Below, piece by piece: positions 57,339 through 64,000 of a stretch of DNA of 64,000 bases. The notes beneath the pieces were generated by a model. The model did no database searches and had not been told where the DNA came from. It was given only the letters and a program-made list of their open reading frames with translations. Origin of the DNA: Candidatus Margulisiibacteriota bacterium (GTDB lineage: Bacteria; Margulisbacteria; Marinamargulisbacteria; JBFWNS01). A program made the position numbers and the translations under genes. The stretch spans positions 88,418 to 152,417 of the forward strand of contig JBFWNS010000005.1 of assembly GCA_050250935.1 (NCBI GenBank), written 5' to 3'. Within the stretch, counting starts at the first letter, position 1. Every line of letters starts with the position of its first letter.

Positions 57339-60260
57339 ATGCAAACCACCAATACCATTTATTTACTCATCGAGCCTGGCCCCTTTTCTAAATTCAAAGT
57401 TATTGTTTTGGAAAACCGCAAACGGTTGTCGCCTTTTTCAACGGAAATTCCTTCCGAGCTAAGGGCATTGGCTAAAAAAGCGTTTTCTTACGGGGCTGTG
57501 GATGCCGAATTGGTGGCTTATTTTCAAGATGCCGAATCTCCTCTCCCGATGTTGATTCTTCATCAAGGACAAGAGCAGATTTTGACCTTTGATCCAGCGT
57601 TTAAGGTTCATCAAAAGACCAGTTTGTCGGCCACAGAATCTGGGGTTGTTATTTCCCGATTGGGTGTGGACGATCAAGGTCATTTTGGTGCTTATCACGT
57701 TTTGGGACAGTCTTTGGTTTTGGATTTTGAACGGGGCCGGGTAGGAATTTTAGAAGAGTCCACAGGTTGGGGGCCTTGGGCGCAGGCTCGGGCTGAAATG
57801 GGTGGCAAGGAAGCTGCTGGCGGGTTTTTAATGCCCATTGATGCGCCCATTACTTTAAATCATGCCGAGTTTTCGGATATGACTTTCTTGGCCGATGCCC
57901 AGGAAAACCTATTGTTTTTTAGTCAAGGCGAACCCCAAGTTCCTTTGCAAATTGAATCCCCGAGCTATCGGGTGCGGTTGATGAAACAACAAGACACCGA
58001 CTATGCCGTGCATCTCGAGGCCTGGTGTCCTGGCCATGATGCCCTATCCCAAGACCGTCGTTTGGTTCCGCTGTTAACCGAGTTGCCTTTATCGGTTCGG
58101 GTTAGACGACGAATGGCGGCCTTTATTTCGTGGTTTTGCGAGCACCAAGATGGGGCTTCTGAGGATGAAGTTTTGTCCTATTTTGCCCAAGATCCAATGC
58201 TTAAAGATTTTAGCCGCCATGTGCTGGCCCATGCCAAACAAGTGCTGGCTTATACCGATCAGCGCCAACCACGCTATGCCTATTCCAATGGTCAGTGGTG
58301 CGCCATATCTGGTGATTTGGCTCGAGAAAAAGCGGTGTATCGCATCTTGTTGTCTGTATTGGGTGAAGAGTTGTTTTTGGACCGATTTGTTATTCAAAAA
58401 GAATTGCTGTGGCCCTTAATTAGTGCCCTCAAGCAAGCCTTGATGGCCGAAGGGTTTGATGTTTATTTTGGCAAAGAACTGGTGGAAGTGGTGTCTTGGG
58501 ATTTTGTAATTGATGTTCAAACGGGTGATGATTGGTTTGAGTTGCATCCTCAGATTTTGTCCCAAGGACAACGGTTAACCCCAGAACAATGGCAAGCGGT
58601 TTTGGCGGCTGCCCGTAGTGGCGAAGAAGGGGGCCCTTTTTTAGATCCTAAAACCCAGCACATTGTTGAATTGCTTAAACAATGGATGATGCCCAGCTCT
58701 GACAAAGCCAGGCAGGTTCATTCCGTGGTTAAAGTGCCCCGGCTTCAAATTTTGGACTGGCTCTACCTTCGCAAGGCTGGTGTAACGTTGAACTTGCCCA
58801 AAGCCGAAGAAGAGATGCTAGATCGCTTGGTGGGCTTCCAATCGGTTCCCTCCCGTGACGTTCCCGAGGGTTTTAAAGGCGAGCTTCGGTCCTATCAACG
58901 GGCGGGTTACGAGTGGTTGTCGTTTTTGTATGAATATCGGTTTGGGGGGTGTTTGGCCGACGATATGGGTTTGGGAAAAACCATTCAAACCATTGTGTTT
59001 TTGGCAGCTGTTAAAGAACAACTCATTGCCAAATCCAAGCGGCTTCAGCCCAGTTTGGTTGTGGTTCCGCCAAGCTTGTTGTTCAATTGGCACCAAGAAA
59101 TTGGGCGTTTTTATCCCTCGCTTCGGGTGCTGGAATATACAGGCGCCGATCGAAAAGTCGATTTTGAGGCTGTGGATGTGGTCTTGACCACCTACGATGT
59201 TGTGCGTCGGGACATCGACCAACTGTCTACCCAATCGTTCGAAGTGATTATTTTTGATGAAGCACAGATTATCAAAAATATTTTTGCTGAAAGAACCGCC
59301 TCGGTTCGGCGACTTTCTGCTCGGTTTAAAGTGTGCTTAACCGGGACGCCCTTGGAAAACCATTTGGGCGAATATTTCTCTATTTTGGATTTGGCGTTGC
59401 CAGGGTTGTTTGGCGATTATTCTGATTTTCAAGAAGCCGTTAAAAACAACGAAACCCAGCCGCTGATTGCCCGTAGTCGTCCTTTTGTTCTTCGCAGAAC
59501 CAAAGAGGCCATTCAGCGCGATTTGCCGCCCAAAACCGAACAAGTGTTGTATCTGGAGTTGTCGGATGCGCAAAAAACCGTTTATACGGCTGTGGTGAAT
59601 CAAGTGAGATCCACGGTTGCCGAAGCGTTTAAAACCCATACTGCCAGCCAGGCCAGAATTATTGCCCTGACAGCCATATTGCGGCTTCGACAAATTTGTA
59701 TTGCGCCTCAGTTGGTGGATAAAGAGGCCAGCGACCTTTCCCCAAAATTTTCCTATCTGCTTCAGACCTTAAAAGAATTGCAAGACGAAGGTCATTCTGC
59801 CCTTATTTTTACCCAATTTACGTCTTGTTTGGATTTGCTTGAACCCCTGATGACGGCTCAAAACATGCCCTTTTTGCGTATGGACGGTAAAACCCCTACG
59901 GCCAAGCGGAAACAACTGGTGGAATCGTTTCAAAATAGCGAGACGCCCCAACACTTTTTGTTGAGCCTTAAAACGGGGGGCGTGGGTCTAAACTTAACCC
60001 GTGCAAGCTATGTGTTTCACCTTGATCCGTGGTGGAATCCTGCTGTCGAAAATCAGGCTTCCGACCGGGCTCACCGTTTGGGCCAAACCCAACATGTCTT
60101 TGTTACCAAGTTGGTCATGCGACACACGGTAGAAGAAAAAATGATGCAACTGAAGGCCAAAAAACAAGCGCTGTTTGAATCGGTTCTGAACAATGGGGTT
60201 GGGGACAAGGCTTTGGGCGCTATTTCCAAGGAAGATTTGGCGTTTTTGATTGGTGCATAG
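57339..60260 (+). CDS. SNF2-family helicase/ATPase with a roughly 520-aa N-terminal domain of unknown function
   Basis: LADDMGLGKTIQTI, DEAQIIKN, LTGTPLEN, and helicase-C motifs LSLKTGGVGLNLT...WNPAVENQASDRAHRLGQT. Confidence 0.85.
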   Translation: MQTTNTIYLLIEPGPFSKFKVIVLENRKRLSPFSTEIPSELRALAKKAFSYGAVDAELVAYFQDAESPLPMLILHQGQEQILTFDPAFKVHQKTSLSATESGVVISRLGVDDQGHFGAYHVLGQSLVLDFERGRVGILEESTGWGPWAQARAEMGGKEAAGGFLMPIDAPITLNHAEFSDMTFLADAQENLLFFSQGEPQVPLQIESPSYRVRLMKQQDTDYAVHLEAWCPGHDALSQDRRLVPLLTELPLSVRVRRRMAAFISWFCEHQDGASEDEVLSYFAQDPMLKDFSRHVLAHAKQVLAYTDQRQPRYAYSNGQWCAISGDLAREKAVYRILLSVLGEELFLDRFVIQKELLWPLISALKQALMAEGFDVYFGKELVEVVSWDFVIDVQTGDDWFELHPQILSQGQRLTPEQWQAVLAAARSGEEGGPFLDPKTQHIVELLKQWMMPSSDKARQVHSVVKVPRLQILDWLYLRKAGVTLNLPKAEEEMLDRLVGFQSVPSRDVPEGFKGELRSYQRAGYEWLSFLYEYRFGGCLADDMGLGKTIQTIVFLAAVKEQLIAKSKRLQPSLVVVPPSLLFNWHQEIGRFYPSLRVLEYTGADRKVDFEAVDVVLTTYDVVRRDIDQLSTQSFEVIIFDEAQIIKNIFAERTASVRRLSARFKVCLTGTPLENHLGEYFSILDLALPGLFGDYSDFQEAVKNNETQPLIARSRPFVLRRTKEAIQRDLPPKTEQVLYLELSDAQKTVYTAVVNQVRSTVAEAFKTHTASQARIIALTAILRLRQICIAPQLVDKEASDLSPKFSYLLQTLKELQDEGHSALIFTQFTSCLDLLEPLMTAQNMPFLRMDGKTPTAKRKQLVESFQNSETPQHFLLSLKTGGVGLNLTRASYVFHLDPWWNPAVENQASDRAHRLGQTQHVFVTKLVMRHTVEEKMMQLKAKKQALFESVLNNGVGDKALGAISKEDLAFLIGA

Positions 60261-60325
60261 GGTGTTTTTTGAGTATACTTGAGGGACGTGTTAAAAAATC
60301 CCACTTAATTTAGGAGGTACAGAGG

Positions 60326-60586
60326 ATGAGTGACAAATCTAATTTTTTTGCAGGTGTTGTGTTGGGTGCTGTCGTTGGCGCCGTTGCTGGCATTTTGTTT
60401 GCACCAGCCTCTGGCCAAGAAACCCGCATTAAACTAAAAGAATTCAAAGAAAAAAATGAAGGTGCAGTTAAAGAAAAAACAGAAGAATTGATTGCCAAAA
60501 CCATGAATTCGATCGAAGAAGGCTTTGATAAAATTGGCAAAATGGTTGATAAACGACGTGGCCCCAACGGCCAAGAGGAAGCCTAA
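60326..60586 (+). CDS. YtxH-like protein
   Basis: N-terminal GAVVGAVAGILFAP helix, then a K/E-rich helix. RBS AGGAGG. Confidence 0.6.
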   Translation: MSDKSNFFAGVVLGAVVGAVAGILFAPASGQETRIKLKEFKEKNEGAVKEKTEELIAKTMNSIEEGFDKIGKMVDKRRGPNGQEEA

Positions 60587-60774
60587 TGGATCTGTTGGCT
60601 TTGCTGAAACTGGGGATATGTGCAGGTCTTTTGGGCCTGTTGATTGTTTTGATTGTGGCGGCTATCGAGGGGGTTCGCATCTTGATGGCATTTCGTCGAA
60701 TGGCCACCCGTGTGGATCGTCTGACCGATGTTAATTTTTGGGCTGGCTTTATCAAGGGTTGGTTTAAAAAATAA
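60586..60774 (+). CDS. small membrane protein (DUF948-like partner of YtxH)
   Basis: 62 aa with one TM helix. ATGG overlap with the upstream gene. Confidence 0.45.
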   Translation: MDLLALLKLGICAGLLGLLIVLIVAAIEGVRILMAFRRMATRVDRLTDVNFWAGFIKGWFKK

Positions 60775-63236
60775 TGTTGTCCAGCGCCCAAATTCGCCAA
60801 GCGTTTATTGATTTTTTTGCAAGTAAAGGACATACCTTCGCCAAAGGAAGTCCTGTCGTTCCCCAGGATGATCCCACCATTTTGTTTACCAATGCGGGGA
60901 TGAACCAGTTCAAAGATGTTTTTTTGGACAAAGGAACCCGGCCTTATAGCCGTGCGGTGAATTCCCAGGTGTGTATTCGGGTTTCTGGCAAACACAACGA
61001 TTTGGAAGATGTAGGACTCGATACCACCCATTTGACCTTGTTTGAAATGTTGGGCAATTGGTCTTTTGGCGATTTTTACAAAAAGGAAGCCATTTCCTGG
61101 GCGTGGGAACTGTTTACCCAAGTGTTTAAACTGCCCAAAGACAAGCTGTATGCCACGGTTTACAAAACCGATGAAGAGGCTGAACAGCTTTGGAAAACCG
61201 AAACCGATATGCCAGCCGAACACGTGCTTCGGTTTGGCGAAAAAGACAATTTTTGGGAGATGGGCGAGGTTGGTCCCTGTGGGCCTTGTTCCGAGCTGCA
61301 TTTGGACCGTGGGCCTGCTGTTTGCGACAAACAAACTGTGCCTGGCCATGAGTGTTCGGTGAATGGGGATTGTGCTCGGTTTATCGAGCTGTGGAATTTG
61401 GTGTTTATTCAATATAACCGCCAAGCCGATGGTAATTTGTTGCCTTTACCTAAAAAACATGTGGACACCGGTGCTGGCTTGGAGCGGTTGGTGGCCGTGT
61501 TACAGGGCACAACCTCCAATTACGAAACCGATTTGTTTACCCCCATTATTCAAAAAATCGAAGCCATTTCAGGGATTCCTTATACCGATACCCCAGCTGG
61601 CATGCCGCACCGTGTGATGGCCGACCATATTCGCATGTTGGTGTTTTCGATTGCGGATAATGCCATGCCCTCCAACGAAGGGCGGGGCTATGTGGTGCGC
61701 CGTTTGTTGCGCCGGGCCTTGCGCTATGCCAAACAATTGGGCATTCACGAACCGGTGATGCACAAATTGGTAGACCCTGTTGTTGCGGTGATGGGTGATT
61801 TTTTTGAAGATCTTAAAACTCGGCAAGCCTTTATTACCTCTGTGATTGAAAGCGAAGAAAAACAGTTTTTGAAAACCCTGGAAAATGGGTTGTCCTTGTT
61901 TGATGTTGTGCTTAAAACGACCCAAACGGCGGGACAAACGGTGTTGAATGGGGACGATGTGTTTAAACTGTACGACACTTATGGGTTTCCGGTGGATTTA
62001 ACGGCCTTGATGGCCCGAGAAAATGGTATGACCGTGGACATGGCCGGGTTTGAAAAAGCCTTGGAGATGCAACGCGAACGGTCCAGACAAGGCAGCAAAG
62101 CCACTGTGTTTGAGGTTGCTTCGGCTTCGGTGGATACCCAGGCTTTTAAAGATTTGCCCTTGCATTTGTCGGACTACACAGATGTGGCCAAGGGTGGGGA
62201 AGCCCGTATTGTGGTGGATCCGGTTCAAAAAATGGCGATGGCACGGCATCACACAGGCACGCATTTGTTGCAGGCCGCCTTGCAGCAGGTGTTGGGGGCG
62301 CACGTGCATCAAGCAGGGAGTTTGGTGGATACGGATCGGCTTCGCTTTGATTTTACGCATTTTAAAGCCCTGTCTGATGCTGATTTAACTGCAGTGGAAA
62401 CCTTGGTGAACGATAAAATTCAAGCGGCCATTCCGGTGACGATTTCCCACCTGCCTTTGGAAGAGGCCAAAGCCCAAGGTGCCATGGCCCTGTTTGGCGA
62501 AAAATACGACGATGTGGTGCGTGTGGTGACCATTGGTGATTTTTCCAAAGAATTGTGCGGCGGCACCCACGTTTTGAATAGCCAAGCGGTTGAACAAGTT
62601 AAATTGGTTGCCGAAACGGCTGTTGCCGCTGGTGTTCGACGTATCGAAGCTTTGGCTGGCGCCGAGATTATTGCTGCTTATGAATCTGAAAAAAATGCCA
62701 AAAAACAAGCCCAACTTCAGGATAAAATGGCCCAGTTGGACCAGTTGAATCAGCAGTTGGTTGCTGCTGGTTTACCTGCTGTTGTTGCGACGTCTCAATC
62801 CGATATTGGGGCTGTTTTAGCAGCCATTAAACAAGCCGAAAAGCAGGTTGCTCAGGCCAAATCGGCCCAGGTTGGCAGTTCTACGGCGGATTTTCTATCT
62901 GAAAAATTAAGCTTGAACGGATTTTCGGCCATTGTTCGTCAGGTGGCGGACTATGATATGGGCATGCTCAGAGAATTGTCCGATAACTTGGTGAATGGCC
63001 AAAATCATCTGGTCGTGGTGCTGGCTTCTGAAAAAGAGGGCAAAGGCTTGGTGTTGGTTCGCCTCACCAAAGACCTGTCTCAGTTAAAAGCTGCCGATAT
63101 TTTAACCCAACTCACTGCCGTTGCGGGTGGTAGTGGGGGAGGACGACCCGACATGGCCCAAGCGGGTGGTGCTGATCCTGCCAAACTTCAAGAGGCCCTA
63201 GGGGCGGTCAAAACATGGTTGAAGGCCGTATCTTAG
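60774..63236 (+). CDS. alaS: alanine--tRNA ligase
   Basis: MLSSAQIRQAFIDFFASKGHTF, FTNAGMNQFK, and editing-domain HTGTHLL and CGGTH motifs. Confidence 0.95.
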   Translation: MLSSAQIRQAFIDFFASKGHTFAKGSPVVPQDDPTILFTNAGMNQFKDVFLDKGTRPYSRAVNSQVCIRVSGKHNDLEDVGLDTTHLTLFEMLGNWSFGDFYKKEAISWAWELFTQVFKLPKDKLYATVYKTDEEAEQLWKTETDMPAEHVLRFGEKDNFWEMGEVGPCGPCSELHLDRGPAVCDKQTVPGHECSVNGDCARFIELWNLVFIQYNRQADGNLLPLPKKHVDTGAGLERLVAVLQGTTSNYETDLFTPIIQKIEAISGIPYTDTPAGMPHRVMADHIRMLVFSIADNAMPSNEGRGYVVRRLLRRALRYAKQLGIHEPVMHKLVDPVVAVMGDFFEDLKTRQAFITSVIESEEKQFLKTLENGLSLFDVVLKTTQTAGQTVLNGDDVFKLYDTYGFPVDLTALMARENGMTVDMAGFEKALEMQRERSRQGSKATVFEVASASVDTQAFKDLPLHLSDYTDVAKGGEARIVVDPVQKMAMARHHTGTHLLQAALQQVLGAHVHQAGSLVDTDRLRFDFTHFKALSDADLTAVETLVNDKIQAAIPVTISHLPLEEAKAQGAMALFGEKYDDVVRVVTIGDFSKELCGGTHVLNSQAVEQVKLVAETAVAAGVRRIEALAGAEIIAAYESEKNAKKQAQLQDKMAQLDQLNQQLVAAGLPAVVATSQSDIGAVLAAIKQAEKQVAQAKSAQVGSSTADFLSEKLSLNGFSAIVRQVADYDMGMLRELSDNLVNGQNHLVVVLASEKEGKGLVLVRLTKDLSQLKAADILTQLTAVAGGSGGGRPDMAQAGGADPAKLQEALGAVKTWLKAVS

Positions 63237-63634
63237 CCCTGGATTTTGGCACCGTTCGTATTGGTGCTGCCATTTCGGATGGGTTGGGCATGACGGCTCA
63301 ACCCTTGCCTTATATCCAGAATAATCATGGGGTTTGGGAGCCTGGTTTCAAAAAAATTCTTGCTGAATACGATGTTCGAACGGTTTTGATTGGCCTGCCC
63401 AAAAACCGAGATGGTGGGGAATCGGCGCAGTCTGAAGTGGTTCGACAGTTTGCAAAGGCCGTCGAAACCCTTTCTGGCTTGTCTGTGGTGTTCTACGACG
63501 AACGGTTTTCAACAGCTGCGGTTACCAAACAATTGCTCTCGGCCAATGTGCGCCGTGACAAACGCAAAGAAGTGGTGGACAGCTTGTCTGCGGCCTATGT
63601 GTTGCAGGGGTATTTGGATAAAACAGTAAACTAA
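63215..63634 (+). CDS. ruvX: Holliday-junction resolvase-like nuclease YqgF/RuvX
   Basis: [17 protein letters not shown] start, 139 aa. Overlaps the alaS 3' end. Confidence 0.85.
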   Translation: MVEGRILALDFGTVRIGAAISDGLGMTAQPLPYIQNNHGVWEPGFKKILAEYDVRTVLIGLPKNRDGGESAQSEVVRQFAKAVETLSGLSVVFYDERFSTAAVTKQLLSANVRRDKRKEVVDSLSAAYVLQGYLDKTVN

Positions 63635-63647
63635 ATTAAGGATAACC

Positions 63648-64000
63648 ATGGACTACAAAGCATCTGGTGTGAATATTGAAGCAGGAAATAGAGCGGTTGA
63701 GCTGATTAAACACAATGTTAAGCGAACGTTTAACCCCTTTGTGTTGGCCGGTTTGGGCAGTTTTGGAGCCCCTGTTGCTATTCCTTCAGGCTACAAGGAG
63801 CCAGTTTTGGTTTCCAGCACCGATGGGGTGGGGACCAAATTAAAATTGGCCATTGATACGGGTATTTTCAACACCGTGGGCATCGATTTGGTGGCCATGT
63901 GTGTGAACGATTTGTTGTGTTTGGGCGCAAAACCCTTGTTCTTTTTGGACTATATTGCCTGTCATCAACTGGTGCCCGAAGACATGAAAACTTTGATCGA
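63648..64000 (+). CDS. purM: phosphoribosylformylglycinamidine cyclo-ligase, N-terminal fragment
   Basis: [21 protein letters not shown]...FGAPVAI...[15 protein letters not shown]. The gene continues beyond the window. Confidence 0.85.
   Translation, partial: MDYKASGVNIEAGNRAVELIKHNVKRTFNPFVLAGLGSFGAPVAIPSGYKEPVLVSSTDGVGTKLKLAIDTGIFNTVGIDLVAMCVNDLLCLGAKPLFFLDYIACHQLVPEDMKTLI

Overview
This 64 kb window comes from a flagellated Gram-negative bacterium of roughly 49% GC. I cannot assign the lineage by eye. The flagellar gene order (fliK-flgD ... fliM-fliN-fliO-fliPQR-flhB-flhA ... fliA) matches the fla/che-type layout of Firmicutes, Spirochaetes and Bdellovibrio-like bacteria, not the enterobacterial layout.

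Gene content in order:
1. 1-13.8 kb: surface-polysaccharide (O-antigen/EPS) cluster. It holds rmlA, a GT2 glycosyltransferase, an FdtA/FdtB/FdtC-like dTDP-3-acetamido-3,6-dideoxyhexose branch, a Wzx flippase, ugd, wecB, galE and an 830-aa SLBB/Wza-type exporter.
2. 13.8-15.8 kb: a short secretin plus two small membrane proteins, co-oriented with that cluster.
3. 15.9-20.8 kb: housekeeping operon ilvC, a P-loop kinase, murA, dapF and dapL, followed by a clear rho-independent terminator.
4. 21.1-28.0 kb: a four-gene operon of large coiled-coil and polyproline-containing, Cys-rich, eukaryote-like proteins. I recognise no homologs, none has a signal peptide, and codon usage differs clearly from the rest of the window. 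This is the strongest candidate for an undescribed, horizontally acquired system.
5. 28.1-40.1 kb: a radical-SAM gene leading a flagellar export operon (fliK-like, flgD-like, atypical fliM, ParA-type ATPase, fliN, fliO, fliP, an unknown periplasmic gene, fliQ, fliR, flhB, flhA, a small ORF, fliA).
6. 40.1-44.5 kb: hisI, ispH, a DUF420 membrane protein, two paralogous secreted Gly-rich proteins and ctaB.
7. 44.7-54.8 kb: a roughly 10 kb tightly packed operon of seven unknown proteins (several Lys/Glu-rich coiled coils). It ends in a pseudopilin, a CheY-like receiver, an Hpt protein and queF, and uses native codon usage.
8. 54.9-64.0 kb: an orphan flagellar hook/rod gene, a eukaryotic-type UDP-glucose pyrophosphorylase, a 973-aa SNF2 helicase, a YtxH-like pair, alaS, ruvX and the start of purM.

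I saw no tRNA or rRNA genes, CRISPR arrays, transposases or integrases.
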